A stretch of DNA of 64,000 nucleotides from Azolla caroliniana (GCA_043228905.1 JBHGNT010000142.1:3479-67478), one strand, 5' to 3'; positions 21,795 through 33,955 are shown, counted from the stretch's first letter. Made by a program: numbers and translations. The notes: generated from the sequence alone by a model not told the origin.

Positions 21795-23570
21795 TAAAAT
21801 ATCTTTGAAGAACTTGTACTGATTTTCCAGGTCGGTCCTCGCGAGCGGATATGGGCCCTAGAGGATGGTGTAGAAACTCTCTGCCCGTAAGTCGTGCCTG
21901 AAAGCGGTTCATCCGGGTGAAGCCGGCGGCGAGGAATTGACTGGTGCTGCGTTCACTGCTTGCTCGAAGGCCCGTATCCGCGCAGGCAGTAAGCAACAGA
22001 TTGGTTCGTAACAAAAACAGCTTAGAAAAGAAAAAGAATAAAGTTATTTCCTATTAAACTAGTGATTGTAAAGAAAAAAATCCTTCACAACGCCAAGGTA
22101 TTTTAGCAAGACACTACATAAGACTTTCGCCCTGGATGATATATGGGTTCTCATGAGAAAGAATGGTCGGTTTCCTTTTAATGAAGTAAAATCCACACCT
22201 TGACGCCCGGAATCCCGTAACGAGTGAATGTTTATTAGGAACCGAACTGATGGGCTTTCCCTAAAGTAACACCAAAAGTCTACCTCCTTTCGTGCGTCCT
22301 TCGCCTCCTCCTAAATAAATTCACTTTCTCTAAAGTAGCCCAATGGATTGTTAACAAGTTCTACGATATACTTATCTTCAAGCCAACCAAGTACTTTAGC
22401 ACCTTATTGCATACATGTTCGAACTCAACTCCAGGTCGCGTATAATCACTCTCATTGCAATCAACCATGGCTACTCCAATATTAATTAATTTTGGCTTTC
22501 TTTCTATAAACTTTCGTTCCAGCCAGGGAAACGGTGAAGGATAGTGATTTACGGCATGACTGTACAGTTTAGCCGTCACCACTTGTAATTTGAGTCGATA
22601 GCCAAACACGGATTATGCCCTCTACGCAGACAGAGAACCGCCCAACCTAGCTGCGCAAATTGCTTGCTTGCTTGCTTGCTTGCTTGCCCCCTTCTTGCGG
22701 ATGCGGAAGAACTTGCTTGCTGCTAAGTTTTATTAGCGCAGGTGAAGGCCTTTCCGCTGTCTGTGAGGCGGATAACGGGCAATCTCACTCATTGCGCTGT
22801 TTTATTGACTTCGCCACGGCACCACTTTTTTGGCGGATAAACGGCCTTCATGCTGCCGTTAGTCGAGGCGGCCCGATGAACCAGTGCAGCAGAAAAGAAT
22901 TTCGGTTATAGAATGGCCGGTCTCTTTCACTTGCTTCTGATCAAAGGCCGGCAGAGAAGTAGCCGTACAGATAGCATAGGCTGCGGCCTATTCTTGCAGA
23001 GAAAACAACTTCGAGAATGATAACCCGTAGGTACCGGTGGGTTCGATCAGTCCCTGGAGTTCGCTAGGTGATATCTATACGGCAAGGAGGATATGAAGCT
23101 ATCCCTACGGAATCCAATCCCTGTGGTCCTAGATCGGTCCCGAAGCACTAGTCCGGTACCTGCTGCAATCAGTCCCTATGGTACTTGCTGCAACCAGTCC
23201 CGAACCCAAAGGTTTGCTACGCTGCCGCTGTAGGCATAGTTGGTACCGATGTTCACTGAGATTGGGAATCCCCGCTTCGTGCTGATCGTATCGTATTCTC
23301 TTCGCTTATTGCAGCTGTGGTAATCGAGGCTTTGCTTTGTATTCTCGAAGTACGAACGCTAGCTGATCGCTTCGTATCCTTTCAACCGTTGAGGAGCTGC
23401 AACTGCTTGGCGTTGTCTATGGCCATGATTGTATCGCGGTTGGTTCGGGCGGGAATCAATCAAATCGCCACTTTTCACGCGCCCGCCGGTTCATCCCGGA
23501 GGAACCGCACAGGAGTAATTCAGACTGTTTCTCTAGTCAATTTCGCGTGACCGTAAGACGCAATTCTGCA

Positions 23571-23642
23571 AGCGGAAAAAGGGACTCGAACCCTCAACTC
23601 CAGCCTTGGCAAGGCTATACTCTACCATTAAGCTATTTCCGC
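23571..23642 (-). tRNA. trnG-GCC: tRNA-Gly(GCC)
   Basis: gcggaaatagcttaatggtagagtatagccttGCCaaggct...ggttcgagtccctttttccgct. Confidence 0.92.
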
Positions 23643-24385
23643 CAGCGGAACCAGAGCCGAGTGCGGTTCTTCCCCCGTAGAGAAAGCGCTATAGCTTTCG
23701 GGGGAAGAACCGCAATGAAGACTTCATTGCGGTTCCCTTGGAACTATTGACTTGAGACTTCGATGACTCATCGATAGGTCCATGCCCGGAGAGATTCGAA
23801 CTATCCCGGATTCGAAGTTTGGTGCTCGAGCTACAGGCACAAGTTGACCTTACAGACCGAACAGAGGCTAGTAAAATCTAACGCTTAGCTTAGAAGGTCG
23901 TAAGATCAGACCAGACTTCGCCCGGAAAACGAACGTAAAGCATTGAAAGAGCGTTGCTTAGTGGCTGGCTTTGGCCGCCTTTACGACCCAAAGACGAATC
24001 TCCGGGTCCCAGCTTATTATCCTGCAATGTTACGGATTGACTGTTACTGGTGCTAGGTAAGGAGTTTCAGTTTTGGGCGTCACTTTCGAAATATCTCGAG
24101 TAATGGGTTCATGTGAGTGCATGAACAATCCAACTACTCTACTAGGCTGCTTCCCGCCCTGTTTCGCAGCTTGCTCCCCTTCGGCGGCACGGCACGGCAC
24201 GGCACGGCACGGCACGGCACGGCACGCACGCACCTGTCTTCCCGCATTCCGTCCGCTGAGCGCAAAGCGTCGACAAAGAAAGCAGCTACCTTTTCATTAT
24301 TATACTGTAATCCCAGCGCAAACAAAAAAACTGCCATGAATATCGAGAACGGAACAAGAAGCCACAACGAAATCAAGTCAAGTCT

Positions 24386-24619
24386 ACGGAAGCTTAATCC
24401 GTTTGTTCTTCGTAAACAATTGGATACAAAGTCAGTACTAACCCATAAGGCTCTGTTTCAGATTCAAAACTAGGGTTCAGCTATGAGATTTGACTCTAGG
24501 TCACGCCTTCGGTTTGTGTTTTCCGCTTGAAACATAATATCACTCGTTGTACCGGAACGGATCCCTGAAAAGTTACTTAATCCGCTGTTAGCGTCAAAAA
24601 TTGTAAACCCCCTGAAGTT
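24386..24619 (+). pseudogene. rpl6: rpl6, 3'-truncated
   Basis: With editing reads MEAQFVCFLQTIGYKASTNPQGS..LKLGFSHEIRLQVT...KNCKPPEV, then loses the conserved YKGKGI C-terminus. Confidence 0.8.
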
Positions 24620-24899
24620 CTGCTTAACTCTGTTTGTTTGTGAAATCAACAATTGCGGCTTACATCCGACACGGGTCCCGCCCATTCTCCCATCTGGCAC
24701 CCTCTCATAATGTATCACTCTTGGCATGCCCACGGCCGGGTAGGCGCGAATTCTTCCAGTCTATGCCGCCGCCCTATCATATAGTCTGTTACATATATAT
24801 AGGTGAATGCTCGCGGGAAACAGCGGCGTTCTCTGCCCAAGCACTATGAACAAACTGCCATGAGTACCGAGGACGGAAAGGTAATGGACAGAAACAGAT

Positions 24900-25814
24900 A
24901 TGTTGGCATCAGGATCCAAAATTCGTCGTTAGATGAGAGAAAACGTTTGGCATAAAAAACTCAATCCGAGAAAGAGAGCCCTTATTCGGGAGTGGGGATT
25001 TCCCTTTATTTGAAAAGAGAGGCTTTTGACAAAATCGTGGAAAAGAGGGAAATCTGGGAATCTGGCCGACCTAATTCTGGGGTTCTCCTCTTCCCGAAAG
25101 GAGCTCCGGAAAAGACCATTCGAAAGATGAAAATCTGAAGATTTCTCTGAAAAATCACATGCTTCGTGAAAGTCGTCCCTCTCTTACGGATTACCCATGA
25201 AAGGAAAGATATAGAGGCTCGAACCGTTACTAAAAACTATTAAAGAGAAACACATCAATCTTTTACCCTTTCTAGAAAAAAGATTGGACGTTATTCCGGT
25301 TTGCATTCCCTTTCGCGAACATATTCTCTAAGCCAGATAGCCAATAAATCATAAACATATTTATGCCAATCCCAAAGTAGTCAATATTCTCGGTTCCACG
25401 GTACCCTGCGGTGATCTTACACCCATTAAAGAAGCTTCTTGAGATCTTACCAAACTAAACATAGTGTAATGCAGAGGAAAAAAAGAATGAATTAGAAAAT
25501 CGATAGAATAACTGAAATAAAGAAAATGATCTCTTTCAAGGCCTCTCTCCTATCTCTTCATTCATAAAGATTCTTCCTATTATCCTTCCAGTCACAAAGG
25601 TTATTGGATACCTGAGAAGTATCCTCTTTTCTGAAAAAAAACTTCTCTTTTTTCTTTTCATTGTCTAGACTATTACTACCCACATTATCTGGAGGTTGAG
25701 TATGAAAAACCTAATGTTGTGGTATTCCCCGAACCTCACCATAATTATCTGAAACTTTCCTATAAGAATAAAATAGAGAAACACTGTCTTCCCCAAAACA
25801 GGAAAACAAAGTAG
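24900..25814 (+). CDS. rps4: Ribosomal protein S4
   Basis: N-terminus M.A..FKICRQMRENVW and C-terminal PHYLEVEY are in the same frame. 915 nt. Internal stops assumed removable by U-to-C editing. Confidence 0.85.
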
Positions 25815-25939
25815 CTCGAATAGATCTTGTAAATCATTCATTGGCGGAGCAATTTAATTGCTAACTCCTATTGTTCCCTCTCAATACATATGTGATCAGT
25901 ACTGTGTATGTGATATTTCAATTCACACACAATAGATTA

Positions 25940-25992
25940 TTTGCCTCGCCGGCAAGGCGGCTATTCGCCTCAAACGCCGCCGGCGAGGCAAA
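25940..25992 (+). terminator. GC-rich hairpin downstream of rps4
   Basis: tttgcctcgccggc ... gccggcgaggcaaa, 14-bp inverted repeat. Confidence 0.5.
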
Positions 25993-27519
25993 CGCCGCTT
26001 TCTTTGCGCCTGCCGTGAAATGGGCGTTCAGAAAGAAATTAGTCTAGGTCACTCAGAGCTGGAATCGGTCAAGTGCCCTTCCCCTGCAGTTCCAAACGTC
26101 AAGTTCCATGCCAAGGGTAGACCAATATGTTAGGGAATGCAAGAGAGAGATAAGCAATCTTGAGAAGAACTTATTGAAAGAAATGAAAGGGTTGTCCTAT
26201 CAATCACAAATTGAATCAATTCGTGAGAAGTGGGACACTATAAAGGAAGAAGGTGCGGTGGTGGATTCTGCCTACTCAAATAATGTCAATGTTGGGCGGA
26301 GTGAGACTGATGAGGACCTACCCAATGATCAGTGCGTGAGAAAAGGAATAGAGCGCAAAGAGAAGGGTAAAGGGACCGAATAACCACGCCTAGATACTGA
26401 GACCATAGCGCCACCTGACTGAGAGGGGGAACCCCTATAGAAAGAGAAGCCCTGGAGGGCCGGCCGGCCGGCCTGAGAGCCGCCGTTCGGGTCCGGGATG
26501 GCCAACTGACTGAAGAGAGCATCCTCATTCTCCGCCGCTAGCAACCTTGGGCCGGTTCGTTAGGCCTAGCAAAGAGTTTTTCATCACCATACCATTTTTC
26601 ACGAGAAATGAGAAGAGAGGAGCCCGCAAGTGATATGAAGACGACCAGCCGCCCGCGCTACATGATTCTAAGACTGATGGGCAAGGACACATGGAGAGGC
26701 TGGAAACGGCGGAAAACCACCTTATCATTCAGCAATGTGCATTGAAGAATACGTCCGGGAATATACAGAAAGCAAATGGATCAACAGGAAAAATGAAAAA
26801 AGAGGTCGACGCAACAACTTCTTTATTGCTGCAGCAGAAAGATGCTTTGCTGCATTGGGCTCATAAAACAAAGCACGAAAGCCACCCATTCCCCTTTGGT
26901 TTCCGGTGGGAGAGATAGGAGGCGGCACCCAACAGATAGAAGGGCCAAGGCCTAGCTCTGTGCTTGGCTTTTTAACAGGATGGCGGAAAGGAAGGAAGTT
27001 ATTGGATTTGAGGAGGAAAAGTAGAGCCGGGAGCCAAGGATTTGTGATAGTAAATATCGCAGCACGCCCAACGAATCTTAGCAGGGTCCCTCGGTTCCGC
27101 GATGCTCTAGATGTTAAGAAGATAAGTTCCTCGAGTTTGGGAGTAAAGTCTCTTCCGGGGCTGGTGTTAGATTTCATTCTTTTGCTCTTCGGAGAAGTCC
27201 TTCATTTAAGTAAGCTTGCCCTCTAACTCATTTCCTAGTGGAATCGCGCGCGGAGAATCTCGAGTTGACCCGGGCCGCCTATCCAGTCGTTAGGCTGAGC
27301 TTCCTTTATATAGTAAATTCTCTTTTTTTTATCGCACTCTGTATACTAAACTCGGGTAATACGTAGTTGAGTTCTGTCACCAATTATGCCAGCAGGGGCG
27401 CCGGGCAGAGGTAGTGGCTGGTACAAGGGCCAAGCCATTGAAGTATACCTGGATCCCAAAGAGAAGCAATCCGATATTAGGAGTCGGAGCAATTCGAGGT
27501 GTTCCCTCGACCTCTCGGT

Positions 27520-27625
27520 TTGAGAATTCCCTTTGATTCTTGTCTTTCATTCGGTAAGCCAGATGCTTTGTGGACTGTAGAAGTAGTCCGGTGCGTTTCG
27601 TTGCACTTCCACCACCTGTTAGATT
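27520..27625 (-). repeat. Diverged copy of the cox2i373 intron 5' region
   Basis: ggtggtggaagtgcaacgaaacgcaccggactacttctacagtccacaaagcatctggcttacc resembles 30415-30510. Confidence 0.8.
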
Positions 27626-27639
27626 AGAAGAGGTCAACG

Positions 27640-28330
27640 CCCGTACCTGTCAGGTACAGACTCTGAGTCGCTTATCTTATGACTGGTGTAGCAGGAAGTC
27701 GTGAAGCAACCGCCCGCCGTCTAGGCTGACCTAGACACCATGAAACAGTCCTCATAGTTTTGTCATTAAAGTTAGCTATACACACTGTTAGGTCCAGCTC
27801 AGGGGCTGACCGAGCTAGCACTGGACGCTCCCTAACCACCCTGAGGATAGAACTGTACCTGGCCTGTGTAGGGTAAGGATATGGCCTGGTTAGACTGAGC
27901 GGCAGCTATCAAGGTGAGGGTCTGTCCCTCTAGACAAAGGGCACTAAGGAGAAGAAGGTTGACAGTTGCTCAGACAGAGTATCAGTGATGCCTTTCACAT
28001 TGAGCCTCTTCCTTTGGCCTACCAAACCTATAGCGACACTGTCCACGTAGTGGCGCCGGGCTAGGCCTAATAAGTGAGCCAGAGGATATGGACAAGCAGG
28101 CCACCTTAACCGACTCTACGATGTGTAGTGTAGGCCCATTAGCCTCCCCGTCAAAGGTAATGTTAAGTAGGTCAGACAACGGCTTAAGGTCTCTCTGACC
28201 CAGTCGTCGTCTAAAGTAAAGGAGACACCTATACGGACGGTGCAGCAGTCATCTCCTGTGGGTACAAGCTCACTTAGAGCGCAGCAAACAAAGTCCGTAC
28301 AATAGCTGAAGTGTTAGCACCGCAACACCG
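27640..28330 (-). pseudogene. Decayed multisubunit RNA polymerase beta/RPB2-like fragment of foreign origin
   Basis: Collinear motifs across frameshifts: LSISSGSLIRP, YVDS, STFFSLVPFV*RDRP, TLIAAAQSNQAI, FYPQ, LTVCIANFND.NYEDCFMVSRSA..GGCF. Confidence 0.7.
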
Positions 28331-29146
28331 TTAGCTATCTTTCTGGCCTTCCCAGCCTCTTGGAAGTAAGCCGTATACGAACAGCACAGTACTCCTGCCG
28401 AAAGCAGGATTGGTTCACATAGCTCCCAGCGCTCACTGGACAGCCACCAATCCCATCATGAAACCCCTTTTCGCCGGCTTCATCCGGCCCATTCTGTCCA
28501 CTATAAACAATACAACACCACATAAACAATGCATTTTGTCCACGTCCACTATGACAAGAAGGCTATATATAATGAGAGAAACAACAATACCAATAAATAA
28601 GTCTTCTTAATCCAAATAAAGTTATCTTTCTATGAGAAAATCTAACACTAGGCCTAGTGTTGTAAGTTGATAACGCATATTAAATTAAGCAGTTTCATTG
28701 TGCATTTCAACTTTTTTTTGAAAAATAGCATGAACTGCTTTATACAACCCGTCGCACAGACACTAGTTTATAGGGTGAGATGGGGGATTCATTAAGCCCC
28801 CATCCCGAAGTGCCTACTTGGGCCAGCATGCACCTATTCTTTCTTTCTTTATCAATGAGATACAAAGGAAATTAATCCACCGGAGTCACACATACGTAAT
28901 CGGGATTGCGATAAAGTTGCTTGCACATTCGGTCGGGACCGTGGTCCAAGCTTGCTTGTCGAGACGTACTTCGGTTTCTCGATCGAATGAAACTCTTGGA
29001 ATTGCGCTTCATAACCTTTGGCGGCATAGAGGTTGATTTTTCCCGCAACAGATAATGGTGGTTTGGTTTCTCTTTCAAAAAAAGAGAGACCTCTAATCTA
29101 ATCTAGAAGGAGACGACACCAGCATTATTGATGATTGCATTACTGT

Positions 29147-30072
29147 TTACTGACCGGATACCCACTCCAGATAATCATTCTTAGAAACAACTTCCACGAC
29201 AGTAAGCGTAAACGCATAATTAGTTCCACAGATCTCGCTGCGCTAACCATGGTAAACTCCCTCTCATTATGTAAAAATGGAAGTCTGATTCGAACAACCG
29301 GGTACAGCATCACATTTAGCACCTGGGAAAGGTACAGCCCGACTATAAAGTACATCAGCCAAAGTTATAATCATACATAAATAAGTCTTGGCTAGTACAA
29401 CTACTCAATTGTCCACTTCTGGTAGACGTGATTAACCTAATTCCAGATCATCCTCCGAAATCATATAACTGTCAAAAGTTAATGACTATTCATCGGAACT
29501 GTTATAGTCTGAATACTCATAAGGTTGGGTCGGCGGCCAGCCCTTCTTTAGGTTCATTCGCCTCCCTCCAAACTGTACTTGCAAGTTTCCCTGCAGACAG
29601 CTCTCCACGCCTATTAACACTTGAAGAGTATACTGTTGCTAGGTCCGTCCTTCTCGAGCGAGTCTTTCAGGCAGGGATAGACCGTCTCTGGCGGATCGAA
29701 CGATGATATTCCTGGCAAGCTAGGAGTCTGTTTCCCGTTCAATCAAGCCATGATCCTAGTCTTTTTCGTTCGACAGGGTGACTTTCCAAACAAGGAGACT
29801 AATATGTCTTACCTGAAATAATACTTACATTTTCATTTACGGTCAATTCTCTGTGATCTTTGAGTTTCCACTGAATTTCGCAACGTTCCTTACTGCGAGC
29901 AGTTGAGACCCGACCCAAAAAAAGGGGGGTGGAGTATAAGCGCTGGTCCCCTTCGGTAAAGTGCTTGTGCTCGCTGTTACCTACTGTGGGACCTCCGTAC
30001 CCGAGGAAGGCAGAGCAGGAACAGTCAACCTTCGGCCTCGCTCCTCCTCTGGTAGTTTTGTAACCACTGTGG

Positions 30073-30109
<37 letters not shown>

Positions 30110-30931
30110 GCCAACACGTCGGGAATCCCCCATTCCAGAGATGACGGGGTCAGGCCCGTTAGGTCCGAAGTTGTATGCCACTAGCTGTAGTGCCGATAGA
30201 CTTATTACTTCAGCGCCGTCATTGAACATCGCAAGCTGAGCATCCATTTCCTGTACATTGCCTATACTGGAAGCGGGAATGCGTACCTCCAACGACTCCG
30301 AGAATGGAACCATAGGCTTCTCATTGGCTAGGGGAGCCTTCTCAATGCATAGGTAGCACCTCAACTTCCCGTTTCTGGCACGCTCTAGTCTCTTGAGTCT
30401 CCCGACGTCAGACGAGAATTTCCCTTGATTCTCGTCTCTCATTTGGTAAGCCAGATACTTTGTGGACTGTAGAGGTAGTCCGGTGCGTTTTGTTGCACTT
30501 CCATCACCTTCGTCAAAGGGCGCACTCCGATACCGTTAATGTCCAATAGCTTTGATGATAATGGCTAGATCTACCACCTAGTCCATCAAATATAATAAAG
30601 CGAAAGATAGTATAACAATAAACATCAGAACGAAACTGAGAGGAATGGTCCAAATAATCTCTGTAGTAGTTCCGTGAACCATTCTTTCAGGAATGGGGTT
30701 TCTTCGATAATGGAAATGCCATAAAGTGCGGACCAACATCCATAGTACGAAGATCAGAATAATGATTAAGAGGACCGGAATATCGTGATGTGAGTCAATT
30801 ATTCCTTACATCATAGGTATGGCTGCGTCCTAAAATCCCAATTACCAAGGTTCTGCGGCGTCACGAGGAGCAATTGGGACGAATAGCTACCAAAAAAGGG
30901 TTCTCGAAATCACTAAGAGGCGTGTGCCCAT
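29147..30931 (-). CDS. cox2: Cytochrome c oxidase subunit 2; exon 1 30931-30526, exon 2 29523-29147
   Basis: DAAEPW*LGF*DAA; AIGH*.Y.|TYEYSDY; ADVL.S.AVP..G.KCDAVPG...SEICGTN. The start codon (ATG 30931 or GTG 30913) is uncertain. Confidence 0.9.
29524..30525 (-). other. Group II intron cox2i373g2 (cis)
   Basis: GTGCG start, domain V gagctgtctgcagggaaacttgcaagtacagtttgg, ends cccaac. Confidence 0.88.
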
Positions 30932-31369
30932 TACGAAAGAATCATGCTCAAATATTCCTTTCAACGACTTCTAAGTCTGTTCGGTTTTTTCCCTTTTTCT
31001 CTCTCCTCCATATGCATGGGAGTTAAAGGTTGGTTCTTCAACAAGTCGCAGCAATGCAATGCAATGCAATGCAATGAAGGCCTTCGCTTTGTCTCGTCGA
31101 CCGCAAACAAAGCGGCGATGGGCTGGCTTTCCGCGTTTCCGTAAAGAAAATCGAAAGAACTCTGATTGATTCTTATTCGTAGTTGGGATGCAGGGATAGA
31201 TTTATTTCTTCCTCGAAGAACCGTACGAACGATTAGGCCGCTGCGATTTCCACACGCAGACACGCGGATTCAGCATGAAGGGCGGGCGATTTATTCCCCG
31301 ATCGAACGAATGAATGAATGAATGAATAGGGTGTCGTTCGCAATGACAAGGAACGTTAGCTGGAAACGC

Positions 31370-32676
31370 GGTCAACTAACGGGCACAAGTGCAATATTTT
31401 CATTTTGGTGTGACTCTTGGTTGGAGAAGGCCACACCACAGTTGGTCTCTTCTCCATAAGCCGGACCGCCAACGTCAAGGCGAGATCACATTGGTCCAGT
31501 CCCCGCATAGCCAGTGGAAGGGTGAGGTGCATCCACTCAGATAGCATGGGGAGGTCGAATGACTGCGGCCACGTCAATCCGCTTCTTTTCTTTTCTTGTT
31601 GGGCCGCGCCGCAATTGTCTAGCTTCTGCTACCAACTCCCCCATCGGGCCGTCTGACTTTACCGTAGCCGATAAGTAGCGTTAATCGTCTTCATCGCGCT
31701 GATGAAGCAGCGGGTTCATCCACCACCTTGGTTCTTCCCCGCAAGCAACTTCCGCCGTATTATCCATAGCTGTTCATCAAGAAGGCCTAGAGTTAGTTTT
31801 CCGATAAGATTCAAGCTACAATTTCAAACAGCACCTTTTCTTCATGAAGCGCAAGAAAACTGCACTGCGGAAGAAGAAGAAGCGGTAAAAAGTGTAATAT
31901 AAATGGCTACCAAAGTTCTTCTTTTGAACTTTCAAGAAGGCCTGAATATTCATGGATTATTATACGATAATCTTTAATGCGGCTCAGATTGCGGAAAGAA
32001 TTGAATGCTGGAATTTCGAAATTCCGTTGGTAAAATTCAGAAGGATCATGCAAGAAGGCAATATCATCTTCTGGCCATAATCTGCGAATCCAGCAAAGCA
32101 AAGCAAAGCAGCACTTTTCTTTTCACTTTAAACCGAGCCGGCGGCAATCTTGATGAATCACTGGCAAGAAGATGCTTTGCACTTTTCTTTCCACTTTAAA
32201 GCAGCAATCTTTTCACTCGGAAATGGCAAAAGAGCTTGGAAGAAGAATAGGCTAGGGACGGAGTCGAACCGTCATTCCAGGATTTGCAGTCCAATACATT
32301 GCCATTATGTTACCCAGCCAGCAGAACGTTTTTCCCGCTTAAATGAAGAGAGGCGGGACTCTCATTTAAGGGGGGTGACCTTAGGCCACCCTTTGAAATA
32401 ATCTAAAGCCTTACAATCAATTTCTGCGATGCCATAAAATGTGAACCAACGACAACGATTTTGGGCAAAATAAGAATTAGTGATTGAAAAAGACCCGCAG
32501 CTTGCTTGTGAAGCCGACCAGCGTACTGCCAACACGACTTGTTTATGCCTATTAAAGAACCTTTTAATGCTAATTCACAGAAAACTATACGAAGCATACA
32601 AAATAACTAATATACGAAACGGAAGCGACCGATGGAAATACGTCAGTTTCTTACTCATGTAAATAAACTATTTCTT
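31370..32676. repeat. Composite repeat: rRNA-leader copy (=2330-3175) joined to the trnC-rps14 copy (=16476-17270)
   Basis: Identical ORF translations at offsets 29040 and 15406. Confidence 0.9.
32249..32319 (-). tRNA. trnC-GCA: tRNA-Cys(GCA), second copy
   Basis: Identical to 16843-16913. Confidence 0.92.
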
Positions 32677-32711
32677 AACAACGGCGACGACTTTTCCGGA
32701 GTCTTATTTCG
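32526..32711 (-). CDS. rps14: rps14 exon 2 (exon 1 not found in window)
   Basis: 186 nt. With editing reads RNKTLEKLSPLPRNSSFTRVRNRCISTGR...FRELASKGSLIGINKSCW, CAG>UAG stop. 114+186=300 nt fits rps14i114. Confidence 0.8.
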
Positions 32712-33055
32712 GTTTTGGTCGGCCAATCAGGTTAGGAGTTCCCTGCCTGACCGCCAATTCAGAACCGCTCGTGACAGTTTCCCGTCATACGGCTCCCCGC
32801 ATCCCATCAGGTGAGGGTTCCGGAATACGAGCTCCCCTGCCCTCTTTTGATCGTGACGATGCCCATGCAGCCAGCAACTGCCGCAAATTGGCAGCTCATG
32901 CCTCCCGGACGACGACGTAGATGCGATCCATCTGTGATGTCCACAGGCGGCCGGCCGGCGGAAAGAACACCTACGCCGTGGTTGGAGTTCTACTTCCTTG
33001 TCGTCGCTTTAGCCCTATCGGCTAGCTAGGGCCATTGCTCAGTTTGTTTCCTCAC
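32712..33055 (-). other. 3' part of group II intron rps14i114g2
   Basis: Domain V gagccgtatgacgggaaactgtcacgagcggttc, domain VI and AAC end. No GTGYG 5' end seen. Confidence 0.75.
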
Positions 33056-33057
33056 GC

Positions 33058-33090
<33 letters not shown>

Positions 33091-33691
33091 ATAACTCCTA
33101 GACTCAAGTGAAAAACCGACCATCAGCGTATCTGATGAGAGAGGATTGAAACCTCGTATCTTCCCCATTTTCCCGCGTCTCGTGACTAATTCAAAAATTT
33201 CCTTGCATCAGCGTCGATTACGTACTCTGGCTTTCTTGTTGATAGATATGTGGATCACTCTGGTGGCGTCATGGCGGCGAGATCGACCCGAGCGAAAGTA
33301 GCTATTGGGTTCGAATCCCGCTTCTTTTCTTCCGCGGTTCGCCTTTAGGCCATGAGGGCGATCCGATCCCCAGTAGCAGGAGTCCTGAAAGGTCATGGAA
33401 CTGGCCATACTTCCACTTTCACTCTCACTTTCGCTTTTGCTTCTACTTTCAGAGGTATGTATATTCAGCAAATCGGATCAGATTGTCTATCCATGACAGA
33501 GCGAGTGCTACTCGTAGTTCAGGGGCAAGGTATTTTACGTTGCTTACTTTCCTTTTGGCCAATCTGCGCTCTTTATCTTCGAATGTTGAAGCATATTGGC
33601 TGCTCCCTTTCCCGTTTTTCCCGCTTAAATGAAGAGAGGCGGGACTCTCATTTAAGGGGGGTGACCTTAGGCCACCCTTTGAAATAACCAA

Positions 33692-33955
33692 TTGATAAAG
33701 AACGGAAAACAAGCAAAAGTCTTTGATGGCAACTAATAGGAAGATTCTAGGGAGAATCGAGATCCGATTTCATATGACTTCATGGTGAACATGATCTGCC
33801 GGAATCTCTTCCATTCCCACGTGAATGTACCGAAATAACAGGAGATTGAACGAAATCAAAGTGAAAACATTGGTTATGAGAAGAATTAGGACTAAACGGG
33901 CTGCAGTACTTCTTTAAGTGAGCCAATAATTTAAGGTTTCTCTACGAGCTTCCGT
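33692..33955 (-). CDS. sdh4: Succinate dehydrogenase subunit 4
   Basis: ACG start. [17 protein letters not shown]...[19 protein letters not shown]. Stop inferred from CAA>UAA. Confidence 0.85.

Noticed and set aside
29981-30442. 153-aa ORF that looked like a continuation of the RNA polymerase relic (GDSRRVGSK)
   Set aside because: It lies wholly inside cox2i373g2 and matches intron domain I sequence; chance resemblance.
29524-30525. cox2 intron as broken or trans-spliced
   Set aside because: Domain V/VI and exon 2 follow in cis at 29524-29605.
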